From: an uncultured Hyphomicrobiales bacterium
Lineage (GTDB): Bacteria > Pseudomonadota > Alphaproteobacteria > Rhizobiales > Xanthobacteraceae
DNA: 64,000 nucleotides
Assembly (NCBI GenBank): GCA_903929045.1
Contig: CAIYTE010000147.1
Location: 5,671-69,670 of the forward strand
Reading direction: 5' to 3'
Part shown: positions 10,240 through 20,672 of the stretch, one piece after another
Numbering within the stretch: the first letter of the stretch is position 1
How the letters are laid out: the number at the start of each line of letters is the position of its first letter
The notes under the pieces: model-generated
Databases searched by the model: none
The model's input: only the letters and a program-made list of their open reading frames with translations
What the model was told of the DNA's origin: nothing
Made by a program: the position numbers and the translations under genes

Positions 10240-10251
10240 ACAGGGAGTGGT

Positions 10252-10962
10252 TTGCGCATGACCGTCCCCGCTATGCTTCCTGACGACGCACCGCATTTGC
10301 TGGTGGTCGACGACGACCGCCGCATCCGCGATCTGCTGTCGCGGTTTCTCAGCGGCGAGGGCTACCGTGTCAGCACCGCCGAGAGTGCCGCCGATGCGCG
10401 CGCCAAACTCATCGGTCTGAGGTTCGACCTGCTCGTTCTCGACGTGATGATGCCTGGCGAAAACGGATTCGACTTTGCGCAATCGCTGCGCGGCACGTCG
10501 AGCGTTCCGATCCTGATGCTGACGGCGCGCGACGCCGCCGAGAGCCGCATCAAAGGTCTCGAGATGGGCGCCGACGATTATCTGTCGAAACCCTTCGAGC
10601 CGCGCGAATTGTCGCTGCGCATCGCCAGCATTCTCAAGCGCGTGCGGCCCGCCGCGGCGCCGCAACCGGAGTCGGTGCGCTTTGGCCCCTTCATTTATCA
10701 CCTTGCGCGCGGTGAACTGCGCCGTGGCGAAGATGCCGTCCGATTGACCGATCGCGAACGCGAGATGCTGCGTATCCTAGCGGCGACGCCCGGCGAAACC
10801 GTCACGCGCCTGGCACTTGCCGGCAATGGCGGCACTGTCAGCGAGCGTGCCGTCGATGTGCAGGTCAATCGGCTGCGCCGCAAAATCGAAAACGATCCTG
10901 CGGATCCGATGTTCGTTCAGACCGTGCGCGGTATCGGCTACCGGCTGGTGGTTACGACATGA
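10252..10962 (+). CDS. OmpR-family response regulator (PetR-like)
   Basis: VVDDD, LDVMMPG, GADDYLSKPF, wHTH with TVRGIGY. Confidence 0.95.
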   Translation: MRMTVPAMLPDDAPHLLVVDDDRRIRDLLSRFLSGEGYRVSTAESAADARAKLIGLRFDLLVLDVMMPGENGFDFAQSLRGTSSVPILMLTARDAAESRIKGLEMGADDYLSKPFEPRELSLRIASILKRVRPAAAPQPESVRFGPFIYHLARGELRRGEDAVRLTDREREMLRILAATPGETVTRLALAGNGGTVSERAVDVQVNRLRRKIENDPADPMFVQTVRGIGYRLVVTT

Positions 10963-12416
10963 CCAGTCTCGACGCCGGCATCGCCAGCATCCGGACGACG
11001 CTCGACCGCATCGTGCGTGCCTGGCAATGGTACGACGCCATCCCGTTCGTGCGGCGCATTCACGCGCAGCTCGCGAAAATTCCGGTCGGCTGGCGACGCA
11101 TGAGCCATTGGCTCAACACCGTGATGCCGAAGGGCCTCTATGCCCGCGCGTTGCTGATCATCATCGCGCCGATGGTCATTCTGCAGTCGGTGATCGCTTT
11201 CGTGTTCATGGAGCGGCATTGGAACGTCGTTACGCAGCGCCTGTCAGCCGGCGTGGTGCAGGACATCGGCGCGCTGATCGACGTCTATTCGCGCTATCCG
11301 CAGGATCCCGATCAGGCGCAAATCCGGCGCATTGCGCAGGAACGGCTCGGTCTCGTCGTCGACTTCCTGCCGATCACCGAAATGCCGCCGCCGGGACCGA
11401 AGCCGTTCTTCTCGCTGCTCGATCAGACCTTGTCCGAGGAACTGCGCAAGCAGATCGCGCGGCCGTACTGGATCGACACCGTCGGCAAGTCGTCGCTTGT
11501 GGAAATCCGCGTGCAGCTCGACAAGACGGTGATGCGTGTGTTCGCGCGCCGTAACGCGGCCTATGCGTCCAACTCTGAAATCTTCTTGCTGTGGATGGTC
11601 GGCACGTCAACCGTGCTGCTGATTGTCGCTATCATTTTCCTGCGCAACCAGATCAAGCCGATCCTGCGGCTGGCCGACGCCGCGGAAAGTTTCGGCAAGG
11701 GCCGCGATGCGCCGAATTTCCGTCCGCGCGGTGCGCGTGAAGTGCGCCGGGCGGCCGCCGCCTTCATCGAAATGAAAATGCGCATCGAGCGCGCCATCGA
11801 GCAGCGCACCGCGATGCTCGCAGGCGTGTCGCACGATCTGCGCACCGTGCTGACGCGCTTCAAGCTGGAACTGGCTATTATCAAAGCGTCGCCCGAAACC
11901 GAGGCGATGAAGAAAGACGTCGACGAGATGGCGCGCATGCTGGAGGCCTATCTGGCCTTTGCGCGCGGCGATCTCGGCGAGCAGTCGGTGCCAACCGACA
12001 TGGCGTCTTTTCTCGATGAGCTGAAGGACGATGCAGAACGCCACGGCCACAAGACGACGGTTGTGTTTCACGGCACGCCGATCGTTACGGTGCGGGCGGC
12101 GGCATTCAAGCGCTGCCTCGCCAACCTCGTGTCGAACGCGCAAAGTTATGCGTCGGCGATCTCGATTACCGGCCACCGCGATCATCGCTATTTGACGGTG
12201 ACCATCGACGATGACGGTCCGGGCATTCCCGCTGAATCGCGGGAAGATGTCTTCAAGCCGTTCTTGCGGCTCGACGACGCGCGCAATCAGGACGAGGGCG
12301 GTACGGGGCTTGGCCTGGCGATTGCCCGCGACATCGCGCGGTCGCATGGCGGCGACATCGTGCTCGGCGACAGCCCGCTCGGCGGCTTGCGCGCGACGGT
12401 GCGCGTGCCTGTCTAA
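10959..12416 (+). CDS. EnvZ-like sensor histidine kinase
   Basis: 2 TM, HAMP, VSHDLRT H-box, DDDGPGIP, GTGLGLAI. Confidence 0.95.
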   Translation: MTSLDAGIASIRTTLDRIVRAWQWYDAIPFVRRIHAQLAKIPVGWRRMSHWLNTVMPKGLYARALLIIIAPMVILQSVIAFVFMERHWNVVTQRLSAGVVQDIGALIDVYSRYPQDPDQAQIRRIAQERLGLVVDFLPITEMPPPGPKPFFSLLDQTLSEELRKQIARPYWIDTVGKSSLVEIRVQLDKTVMRVFARRNAAYASNSEIFLLWMVGTSTVLLIVAIIFLRNQIKPILRLADAAESFGKGRDAPNFRPRGAREVRRAAAAFIEMKMRIERAIEQRTAMLAGVSHDLRTVLTRFKLELAIIKASPETEAMKKDVDEMARMLEAYLAFARGDLGEQSVPTDMASFLDELKDDAERHGHKTTVVFHGTPIVTVRAAAFKRCLANLVSNAQSYASAISITGHRDHRYLTVTIDDDGPGIPAESREDVFKPFLRLDDARNQDEGGTGLGLAIARDIARSHGGDIVLGDSPLGGLRATVRVPV

Positions 12417-13120
12417 GCCGCGTCGGCTTCGGTCAGATCTTCTTCGGCCGGACGGCGGCGCCGGCGGCGAGGACCACGCAGGATGGCCTTCGGGATCGAC
12501 AACAGATCGCCGACGAAACCGTCCCAGCGTCCGGCGCTGGCGAGACCTTTGTCGAGTACGGCCATGGTGCGGTCGAGACCTTCCACGTCATCGTCGATCC
12601 ACACATTCATGACGCGTGCGAACATCAGCGCGGCGCCCTGCGAACGCAATGCGCCGCGCGGACCGGCGGCGTCGATGCCGGCGGCTTCCAGCATCCAGCT
12701 TTGCGAACGCACCGCCATGGCGTTGAGCGCAAGCGCCAGGCCTGGGTTGCGGCGTGCCGAGCGCATCAGCGAGCGGACGGACTCTTTGTAAGGCGCCAGC
12801 AGTTCAAGCCGGCGCATCAGCACGTCGAACAACCGGTCGCGCGGTGTTTCTTCCGCCATATCGGCGTCGCCGCCGTCGAGCACGGCGCTATCGATCTGTT
12901 TGATGTGCGCGCCGAGGATGGCGAGCGTCGAGCCGAATTCGGCGCGCAATTGCGAGAGCTTGATGCCAGCGTGGCCCGCGACCTCAGCGAGTCCGATATC
13001 CTCAAAGGAGTGCTCGGCGAGAAGCTCCATCAGCGCGGCAATGGCCTTGTCGCGATTTGAGCCAGTGCGCGGAGGCGCCGTCACCTTCGGTTTTGTCGGC
13101 TGCTTCGGCTTACGAACCAT
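12413..13120 (-). CDS. TetR/AcrR-family regulator
   Basis: N-terminal HTH (IGLAEVAGHAGI), RDRLFDVLMRR. Confidence 0.8.
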   Translation of the reverse strand: MVRKPKQPTKPKVTAPPRTGSNRDKAIAALMELLAEHSFEDIGLAEVAGHAGIKLSQLRAEFGSTLAILGAHIKQIDSAVLDGGDADMAEETPRDRLFDVLMRRLELLAPYKESVRSLMRSARRNPGLALALNAMAVRSQSWMLEAAGIDAAGPRGALRSQGAALMFARVMNVWIDDDVEGLDRTMAVLDKGLASAGRWDGFVGDLLSIPKAILRGPRRRRRRPAEEDLTEADAA

Positions 13121-13190
13121 GTCGGGCCTCCTGATCAGGTGAATGACACCCTCAATCTAGGTCCGCAAAGGCGACAGTTCTAGGGCGGGG

Positions 13191-14039
13191 TTAGCCCGCC
13201 AATTGCCGCGAGCGGTTTGTCGCCGCGGCGATCGCCTTGGTCAAAATATCATCAAAACCCGCAGGCCCCATAAGCACCTCAAGCGCCGCGGCAGTGGTTC
13301 CCCCCGGCGAGGTCACATTTTGCCGCAGGATGGCCGCGTCGAGGTCCGAGCGGTGCAGCAACTCGCCGGAGCCGGACACGGTTTCACGCGCCAGACGGCC
13401 CGCCAGCGCGGCCGGCAGACCGGCGGCGATGCCGGCTTTGGTCATGGCCTCGGCCAGCAGAAACACATAGGCCGGACCGGAGCCCGACAGCGCGGTGACG
13501 GCGTCGATCAGCGCTTCGTCCTTGACCCATTCGACCTTGCCGGTGGCGGCGAGCAGATCGGTCGCCAGTTTGCGCTGACGCGCCGACACTTTGCCGTTGG
13601 CGACAGCAACCGTAATACCGCGGCCGATGGCGGCAGGCGTATTCGGCATCGCGCGGACGACCGCCGCGCCGGGCGGCAGCGCGTTCTCGATAAATTTGAT
13701 GGTACGGCCCGCCATGATCGACAGCACGAGAGTCGATTTGCCGACATACAGCCCCAGCGGCGGCACGGCTTCCGGCGCCATTTGCGGCTTCACGGCGACG
13801 ATGATTGCGCCGGCGTCGGCTTTCGCCTTCGGCCCCGGCTTGGCGTTCAGTTTCACGCCGCGTTTGGTGAGCGCCTTGATGGACTTCGCCGGCTGGGGAT
13901 CGATGATCGAGACCTGCTTCGGTTTCAGTCCGCGCGCCAGCCAGCCATCGAGCATGGCCTGGCCCATTTTGCCGGCACCAACCAGAAGGAGGGTGCCGGA
14001 CAGTGTGCCGAGTGGTTTTGGAGTCGATGGTCGTTTCAT
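13191..14039 (-). CDS. proC: Pyrroline-5-carboxylate reductase
   Basis: GAGKMG, AVKPQ, RAMPNTP, SGSGPAY, VTSPGGTT. Confidence 0.97.
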   Translation of the reverse strand: MKRPSTPKPLGTLSGTLLLVGAGKMGQAMLDGWLARGLKPKQVSIIDPQPAKSIKALTKRGVKLNAKPGPKAKADAGAIIVAVKPQMAPEAVPPLGLYVGKSTLVLSIMAGRTIKFIENALPPGAAVVRAMPNTPAAIGRGITVAVANGKVSARQRKLATDLLAATGKVEWVKDEALIDAVTALSGSGPAYVFLLAEAMTKAGIAAGLPAALAGRLARETVSGSGELLHRSDLDAAILRQNVTSPGGTTAAALEVLMGPAGFDDILTKAIAAATNRSRQLAG

Positions 14040-14072
14040 GACGCCGATATTAGCGTCAAATAACGGCGCGCG

Positions 14073-14573
14073 TCACGCCTCGCCGGACGTGTCGAAGTTG
14101 GCCGCGTCGAGCGCTTCGCGCGCAGCCTTACCGGCCCAGACGACAAACTGGAACGCCGTGAAATAGCGCTCGCAGGTATCGAGCGCGGTGCCGAGCAGCG
14201 CTTCGCACTGTTTGCCGGAGGCTTCGGCGGCGCCCGCCAGCACCAGCGCGTGCCGGTACATGACGATGCCTTCCTTGGTCCACAGATCGAAGTGGCCGAC
14301 CCAAAGCCGCTCGTTGATCAGCGAGATCAGCGACTGCACTTCAGAGCGTCGTCGTTCCGGCACTTTGAGATCGAAGGCGCACGCCAAGTGCAGCGCCTCG
14401 ATATTGTCCATCCACGTGTAGGACAACTGATAGTCGGTCCACTTGCCGGTCACGAGAATGGTGATCTCGTCGTCGCTGGCCCGCTCGAATGACCAGTCGT
14501 GCCCAGTCGCCAGCCGCTCGACGACGTCGAGCGGATTGAGCCGGGGTTCTTCTGCGTAAGCTGTCAGGGACAT
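14073..14573 (-). CDS. YbjN-domain protein
   Basis: NPLDVVE, GKWTDY, LHLACAFD, LWVGHFDLW, FQFVVWAG; GGAG SD before ATG 14573. Confidence 0.85.
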   Translation of the reverse strand: MSLTAYAEEPRLNPLDVVERLATGHDWSFERASDDEITILVTGKWTDYQLSYTWMDNIEALHLACAFDLKVPERRRSEVQSLISLINERLWVGHFDLWTKEGIVMYRHALVLAGAAEASGKQCEALLGTALDTCERYFTAFQFVVWAGKAAREALDAANFDTSGEA

Positions 14574-14897
14574 GTCGTCTCCAGATTGCCGAAGTAAGAG
14601 CGAGGAAACGCACGGCTCCGCACAGGCGCGGGCAAGACGGCTCGCGCAGGACACGAATTACAGATAAACGCAGGGGGTACGGGTGCCTTGACGACTAAAT
14701 CGAATCACTAGGCTTTCTGACTATAACCCTCTCGATTCAGCCCGCCAGAGGCATCTTCGAGAAGCAGTGAGCAGTGATTTGCGGACTCCAGGCAACGGGC
14801 CGACTGTGACTCTCCACAGCCAATGCGGCATCGGTGTGAGTCAGTGGTGGATAAGTAGGACGAGTGTTGCCGGAAAGATTCAGTCGATGACGTTCGG

Positions 14898-15848
14898 CTA
14901 GTCGAACAGGCTCGATACCGACTCTTCGTGTGCGGTGCGGCCGATCGCTTCGCCGATCAACGACGCAATCGGCAGCACGCGGATATTGCCGGCGGCGCGT
15001 ACTTCCTTGGTCGGCTCGATGGAGTCGGTGATCACCAATTCCTTGAGCCGCGACTTGGCAACACGCGCGACAGCGCCGCCCGACAACACGCCGTGGCTGA
15101 TGTAGGCGTAGACCGCCTTGGCGCCTTGCGCGAGCAAAGCGTCGGCGGCGTTCACCAGCGTGCCGCCGGAGTCGACGATGTCGTCGACGAGAATGCAGGT
15201 GTGACCGGCGACTTCACCGATTACGTTCATGACTTCGGATTCACCGGCGCGCTCGCGGCGCTTGTCGATGATGGCGAGCGGCGCATTGATGCGCTTGGCC
15301 AGGCCGCGGGCGCGGACCACGCCGCCGACGTCGGGCGACACCACCATCACGCTGTCGACTTTGAATTTTTCCTTGATGTCGCGGACCATCACCGGCGACG
15401 CGTAGAGATTGTCGGTCGGGATATCGAAGAAACCCTGGATCTGACCGGCGTGCAGGTCGAGCGTCATGACGCGGTCGGCGCCGGCACGGGTGATCAGGTT
15501 GGCGACGAGCTTGGCCGAGATCGGCGTACGCGGGCCGGGTTTGCGGTCCTGCCGGGCGTAACCGAAATAGGGCACCACCGCGGTAATACGGCGTGCCGAG
15601 GAGCGGCGCAGCGCGTCGATGATGATCAGCAATTCCATCAGGTGGTCGTTCGCCGGAAACGACGTCGATTGCAGGACGAAAACGTCAGAGCCGCGCACGT
15701 TTTCCTGGATTTCGACGAAGATTTCGAGGTCGGCGAAGCGCTTCACGACCGCCTTGGTCAGGCCGGTCTTGAGATAGTCGGCGATTTGCTGAGCAAGCGC
15801 TGGGTTGGAATTGCCGGCAACGAGCTTGATCGCCCCGTTCTTCGACAT
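14898..15848 (-). CDS. prs: Ribose-phosphate pyrophosphokinase
   Basis: [38 protein letters not shown]. Confidence 0.98.
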   Translation of the reverse strand: MSKNGAIKLVAGNSNPALAQQIADYLKTGLTKAVVKRFADLEIFVEIQENVRGSDVFVLQSTSFPANDHLMELLIIIDALRRSSARRITAVVPYFGYARQDRKPGPRTPISAKLVANLITRAGADRVMTLDLHAGQIQGFFDIPTDNLYASPVMVRDIKEKFKVDSVMVVSPDVGGVVRARGLAKRINAPLAIIDKRRERAGESEVMNVIGEVAGHTCILVDDIVDSGGTLVNAADALLAQGAKAVYAYISHGVLSGGAVARVAKSRLKELVITDSIEPTKEVRAAGNIRVLPIASLIGEAIGRTAHEESVSSLFD

Positions 15849-16017
15849 TCCGCACACCCTCTTTTTACGCGCTGCATCAGAGCCATAGCGGGTCTTGAGC
15901 GCGCCAGGCGGCGTGGTCATAACAAGGCGGGCCGGGCGCGGCAATATGCCCAGAAGTTGTTGTCCCGATGCTTTTTTGATCAGGATGAAGACGGCCCATA
16001 GGAATTAAAGGTAGCCG

Positions 16018-16785
16018 CTATTCCGCCAGCGCGATGGCGTTGATGTGCCGGCCATAGTCCGGCTCCGATTGATGCGTCGAGCGCCGGTAGCTGTAGAACA
16101 ACGCCGGTTCAGCATAGGTGCACAGGCCGACATCTTCGAAAGCGGCGATTCCGGCCTGTGCCATGCGGGCAGCGATATAGCCGTTGAGGTCGAACAGAGC
16201 GTGGCCTTCGCGCTCGCTGGCAACGAAGAAGCGGGCATTCTCGGTGTCCGCCACCAGAAAGCGCTCAATGAACTCAGGTCCCACCTGATAGTTCGCCTGG
16301 CTGATGGTCGGCCCGAGCGCCGCGCTGATGCGGCCGCGATCGGCGCCGAGCTTTTCCATCGCCGCGACGGTCGCTTCGATCACGCCGGTAAAGGCGCCGC
16401 GCCAGCCGGCATGCGCCGCGCCGATCACGCCGGCCTGCGCGTCGGCAAACAAGAGCGGGCCGCAATCCGCGGTCGAGACACCGATCGCCAAAGATGGGGT
16501 CTTGGTGACGAGTGCGTCGGCGCGGGGCCGCGTCTCCGGCGTCCATGGCGCATCGACGGTGACGACGTCCGGCGAATGGATCTGGTAGGGCGTCAGAAAG
16601 CGGTCGGTGCTGACGCCGAGCGCCGCGGCCATGCGGTTGCGGTTTTCGGTGACGTTATCCGCTTTATCGCTCGAGCCGACCCCGCCATTGAGCGACGCAT
16701 AAATACCCTGCGACACGCCGCCGGTCCGGTCGAAAAAGCCGTGGCGAATGCCGGTCAGTTGGCCGAGGGAACGAGCTTGCAACAT
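16018..16785 (-). CDS. pgeF: Purine nucleoside phosphorylase / peptidoglycan editing factor (YfiH/PgeF)
   Basis: HGFF, QIHS, TADCGP, AHAGWRG, FYSYRR. Confidence 0.93.
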   Translation of the reverse strand: MLQARSLGQLTGIRHGFFDRTGGVSQGIYASLNGGVGSSDKADNVTENRNRMAAALGVSTDRFLTPYQIHSPDVVTVDAPWTPETRPRADALVTKTPSLAIGVSTADCGPLLFADAQAGVIGAAHAGWRGAFTGVIEATVAAMEKLGADRGRISAALGPTISQANYQVGPEFIERFLVADTENARFFVASEREGHALFDLNGYIAARMAQAGIAAFEDVGLCTYAEPALFYSYRRSTHQSEPDYGRHINAIALAE

Positions 16786-16895
16786 CGTCGATGAGTTCCA
16801 AAAGCTGTGCGTTAAAACCTAAATCCAATTTGTCGCAGTTGTATAGCGAACCTTGTATGCGAAAAGAAAACACAGGTCACAAGGAGTCCTTGAGC

Positions 16896-17423
16896 ATGCG
16901 GTTTTCCGTTTCCATGGCGGCACTCATAATGGCAGCAGGTGCCTGTCTGATCGCCGTGCCGGGACAAGCCGCGCCTGTCGGCGCGATCAAGGACTACGTG
17001 TTGCCCCCGCAGTTTGGCGACACGGCGCCGGTGATCACGGTGCAGCAGGACCCGCAACATAGAAATGGTCAGCGCCGCGGCAACCCGCAAGCGGGCAACC
17101 CGCCGGCCGGCGGCCAACGGCAAGGCATCGTCCAGCAGCATGGAGGCCAGCGCCAAGGCGGTGGCGGCGGCGGCCAGCAGTTCAACCGCGGCGGCGGCGG
17201 TCAGCACTTCGGCGGCGGCGGCGGTTATCGCGGGGGCGGCTATCGTGACCATGATCGCGGTGATGATTCCGGTGCGATCGCTGCCGGCGCGCTCGGTGGC
17301 TTGTTGCTCGGCGCCATCATCGCCAACGAAAATCAGCGCAACTCCTGTTCGCGGCGTCCGGGTTACGATCCGCGGAGCCGCACGTTCATCGGCCAGGATC
17401 ACCGGCGTTACCGCTGCCCCTGA
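16896..17423 (+). CDS. BA14K-family exported Gly/Gln-rich protein
   Basis: Signal peptide, Gly-rich middle, GALGGLLLGAIIA, C-terminal [18 protein letters not shown]. Confidence 0.8.
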   Translation: MRFSVSMAALIMAAGACLIAVPGQAAPVGAIKDYVLPPQFGDTAPVITVQQDPQHRNGQRRGNPQAGNPPAGGQRQGIVQQHGGQRQGGGGGGQQFNRGGGGQHFGGGGGYRGGGYRDHDRGDDSGAIAAGALGGLLLGAIIANENQRNSCSRRPGYDPRSRTFIGQDHRRYRCP

Positions 17424-18528
17424 TCGCGCGCTCGAAGCCCGGCGGCACGCCGACGGCGGCGTGCGTGAAGCTGGCGGCTTTGAACATCTCGCCCATGTCG
17501 GTGCGGCCCATACCGACGAGCCGCGCCAGTGCGGCATCGACGTCGGCAACGGCCGCGCGTGACGTGGCCTTTTTCTTGAGCGTCGCGGCGCGCGTTTCGA
17601 TACCGAGCCGTGTCAGGAATTCCGCCTGAGTGATCGGCCCGAAGATTTCGGCGCCCATGGCCTGCACGCCTATGGCAAGTGCGGCAAAATCGACATGTGC
17701 GGTAAGATCCACATCGCCGGGCTCGCTCAACGGATCGGCGTAAGCGTGCCTGCCGACCGCCTGCAGCGTCTCGCCGACGCCGCTGGCGGTGTGGCCGTAG
17801 TCGATCACCAGCGCCGCGCCGCCTTCATCCTTCAATCGTTTGCCGAGCTGCATCGCCGGCCGGTTGTCGCGCCATTCGTAGATCGAGCCGATCCCGGCCT
17901 GGCGTACCGTGGGCGGCAACAACATGTCGAAATGCGCGATCGGATCGCGCGCCGTCGTATACGCGAACTGGCCGTTCTCGCCGATACCGATCTGGCGCTC
18001 GTGCCAGCCGTCTTCCGCTTTCACCGCCTGATTGATCGGCAGCGCATCGAAGAATTCGTTGGCGATGATAATGGCCGGGCCTTTCGGCACCTCTTCGAGC
18101 GACGCATGCCAGGACAGCGGCGCGCCCCAGTGCTCCAGCGTTTGCTCCTGCATGCTTCTGAGCGCCGGACTGATGTCGACGAGGTGAACCACCAGCGCTT
18201 CGCGAAACGCCGGGATCATCTGCACGGCGCGCAGTGCGTCGTTCATCAACGTGCCGCGGCCGGGACCGAGTTCGACGATGCGGATGTTTTCGGGCGAGCC
18301 CATCTGCGTCCAGACGGTCGCCATCCAGAGGCCGATCAGTTCGCCGAACATCTGGCTGATTTCGGGCGCGGTGATGAAGTCGCCGCGCACGCCGAAAGGA
18401 TCGCGTGTGGTGTAATAGCCGTGTTCGGGATCGCCGAGGCAGAGCGCCATGTATTGCCCGACCGGCATCGGTCCGGCGGCGGCGATGCGCCGGCGGATTT
18501 CGATTTCCAGCAGCGACGGCTCGCTCAT
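17386..18528 (-). CDS. SAM-dependent methyltransferase (MidA/NDUFAF7 family)
   Basis: GYY...[45 protein letters not shown] overlaps the lgt stop. Confidence 0.93.
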   Translation of the reverse strand: MSEPSLLEIEIRRRIAAAGPMPVGQYMALCLGDPEHGYYTTRDPFGVRGDFITAPEISQMFGELIGLWMATVWTQMGSPENIRIVELGPGRGTLMNDALRAVQMIPAFREALVVHLVDISPALRSMQEQTLEHWGAPLSWHASLEEVPKGPAIIIANEFFDALPINQAVKAEDGWHERQIGIGENGQFAYTTARDPIAHFDMLLPPTVRQAGIGSIYEWRDNRPAMQLGKRLKDEGGAALVIDYGHTASGVGETLQAVGRHAYADPLSEPGDVDLTAHVDFAALAIGVQAMGAEIFGPITQAEFLTRLGIETRAATLKKKATSRAAVADVDAALARLVGMGRTDMGEMFKAASFTHAAVGVPPGFERAIRGSGNAGDPGR

Positions 18529-19352
18529 CCTGGTCCTCGCTTGGCGGGATGCTTCAGCGCGTAGATCATAAAGCCGACGCCGGCGAGGAACAGCGGTATC
18601 GACAGCAATTGGCCCATGGTTGCGCCGCCCCAGAGAAAGCCGAGCTGGGCGTCGGGCTCGCGGAAGAATTCGCAGAAGCTGCGCGCGATCGCATAGACTA
18701 CCGCAAACAGTCCGATGATCATGCCGGGCTTTTTCAACGCGCCGGCGCGCATCGCCGCGAACAACACCAGGAACAGCAACACGCCTTCGAGCAGGGCTTC
18801 GTAAATCTGGCTCGGGTGGCGCGCGATGGGGCCGCCATTGGGAAATACCATGGCCCACGGCACATCCGCGGCGCGGCCCCAGAGTTCGCCGTTGATGAAA
18901 TTGGCGATGCGGCCGAGGAAAATGCCGATCGTGCCGACCGCGCAGGTGATGTCGCCGAGCGACATGATCGACAGGCCGCGCTTCCTGGCGAACAGCACCA
19001 CCGCCAGCACACAGCCGGTGAAACCGCCGTGGAACGACATGCCGCCGTTCCAGAGTTGCACGATCTCCAGCGGGTGCGTGGCGAAGTGCGCTGGATTGTA
19101 GAACAGCACGTAGCCGATGCGGCCGCCGAGAATGATGCCGAGCGTGACCCAGACGACGAAGTCGTCGAAATCGAGCGCTGTCAGCGGCGCTTTGCCGCCC
19201 CACAGGCTCTCGGCGCGCACCAGCGCACGGGCATAGGCCCAGCCGGCCAGGATGCCGACGATATAGGCCAGCGCATACCAGCGGATTGCCAGCGGCCCGA
19301 TATGGATCAACACCGGATCGAAGGCGGGGAAGGGGATGACCAGAAGCGGCAT
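18525..19352 (-). CDS. lgt: Prolipoprotein diacylglyceryl transferase
   Basis: [42 protein letters not shown]. Confidence 0.98.
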   Translation of the reverse strand: MPLLVIPFPAFDPVLIHIGPLAIRWYALAYIVGILAGWAYARALVRAESLWGGKAPLTALDFDDFVVWVTLGIILGGRIGYVLFYNPAHFATHPLEIVQLWNGGMSFHGGFTGCVLAVVLFARKRGLSIMSLGDITCAVGTIGIFLGRIANFINGELWGRAADVPWAMVFPNGGPIARHPSQIYEALLEGVLLFLVLFAAMRAGALKKPGMIIGLFAVVYAIARSFCEFFREPDAQLGFLWGGATMGQLLSIPLFLAGVGFMIYALKHPAKRGPG

Positions 19353-19458
19353 GGCGGCGTCCAAATTTTGGATTCGATGATATCAGCAGTTAGCAGAGCG
19401 GGTCTTGCGGCGCGATGACGGTAACGCCATTGTACGCCGCAGACGGAGAGTGATGACG

Positions 19459-19713
19459 ATGACCCAGACCAACAACCGGATTTTCGACGAGATGGCGCGC
19501 CTGATGAATGACGCTGCCGGTGTCGCCTCCGGCGTGCGGCGCGAGTTCGACACGCTGTTCCGGGCGCAGGCCGAACGCATCCTGCGCGACCTCGACGTGG
19601 TCCAGCGCGAGGATTTCGAGGCGGTCAAGGAAATGGCCCGTCTGGCGCGGGAAGAAAACGAGGCCCTCAAGGCCCGGATCGAGGCGCTGGAAGCCAAGGC
19701 CGCCGGAAAATAG
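19459..19713 (+). CDS. ubiK: Ubiquinone biosynthesis accessory factor UbiK family
   Basis: LDVVQREDFEAVKEMA...REENEAL coiled coil; divergent from lgt. Confidence 0.85.
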   Translation: MTQTNNRIFDEMARLMNDAAGVASGVRREFDTLFRAQAERILRDLDVVQREDFEAVKEMARLAREENEALKARIEALEAKAAGK

Positions 19714-19729
19714 GGTTTTCGGGCTTTGG

Positions 19730-19758
19730 TTGCCCTTTTAGCCTGCCGCCGCTATAAC
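19730..19758 (+). promoter_or_regulatory. Sigma70-type promoter of rplY
   Basis: TTGCCC-17 bp-TATAAC. Confidence 0.75.
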
Positions 19759-19858
19759 CCCGCGCGAACACGGCCCCCGGCACCCCTGGAGGCTTGCCGT
19801 GCTCGATGGGCGGCCCAAAAAGCCGCCTTTTTACATACACTTAGACAAGGATACGATC

Positions 19859-20575
19859 ATGGCGTCCGTGCTTGAACTAAAAGCGACGGTGCGTCCGAAA
19901 GGCGGCAAGGGGGCCGCTCGGGCAGCACGTCGGTCCGGCAATGTGCCGGGCGTGATTTACGGTGAGAACAAACCCCCGCTGATGGTCCAGCTCGACCATG
20001 CCGAACTGCGCAAACGCATTTATGCGGGGCGCTTCCTCACGACGCTGTTTCACATCGACGTGGACGGCACCAAGCATCGCGTGATCCCGCGCGACTTCCA
20101 GCTCGACCCGATCAAGGACAACCCGGTGCACGTGGATTTCCTCCGCGTTGCCGAAGGCGCCCTGATCCGCGTCAACGTCGCCGTGCACGTGCTCAACGCT
20201 GAGCAGTCGCCGGGCGTGAAGCGTGGCGGCGCGGTCAACATCGTGACGCACACCGTGCAGGTGATGTGCCCGGCCGAGTCGATCCCGTCGGCGATCGAAG
20301 TCGACATCTCGGACGTCGACATCAACCACTCCAAGCACCTCAGCGCCATCAAGCTGCCGCCGAATGTCCGCGTGATCGCCCAGGGCGACATCACGCTGGT
20401 CACCGTCGTGCCGCCGTCCGGTTACGCTGAAGAACTCAAGCAGGCCGCCGAAAAGGCCGCCGCCGCTGCTGCGGCTGCCGCCGCTCCGGCTGCCGGTGCT
20501 GCTCCGGCCGAAGGTGCTGCCGCTGGCGGCGCCGCGCCGGCCGCGGGTGCCGCCGCTGCTGCGCCGAAGAAGTAA
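19859..20575 (+). CDS. rplY: 50S ribosomal protein L25/Ctc
   Basis: GKGAARAARR..VPGVIYG, HVDFLRV, SPGVKRGG, Ala-rich tail. Confidence 0.97.
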   Translation: MASVLELKATVRPKGGKGAARAARRSGNVPGVIYGENKPPLMVQLDHAELRKRIYAGRFLTTLFHIDVDGTKHRVIPRDFQLDPIKDNPVHVDFLRVAEGALIRVNVAVHVLNAEQSPGVKRGGAVNIVTHTVQVMCPAESIPSAIEVDISDVDINHSKHLSAIKLPPNVRVIAQGDITLVTVVPPSGYAEELKQAAEKAAAAAAAAAAPAAGAAPAEGAAAGGAAPAAGAAAAAPKK

Positions 20576-20622
20576 CGCGGCGTCTCGTTACGCCGCGTTC
20601 GCTCTTTGCGCATGAACTGACT

Positions 20623-20654
20623 AAGCCCGTCCCGGAGTCATCCGGGGCGGGTTT
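20623..20654 (+). terminator. Hairpin/terminator between rplY and pth
   Basis: AAGCCCGTCCCGGA-gtca-TCCGGGGCGGGTTT. Confidence 0.65.
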
Positions 20655-20672
20655 CATCTAACAGGAACTGCC

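Noticed and set aside
14574..14897. Replication origin
   Set aside because: One imperfect DnaA box, no AT-rich unwinding region and no hemE/dnaA/parAB context.
17386..19203. 605-aa ORF suggesting a long methyltransferase fusion
   Set aside because: The N-terminal ~225 aa is an off-frame read through lgt; the real start is ATG 18528 overlapping the lgt stop.
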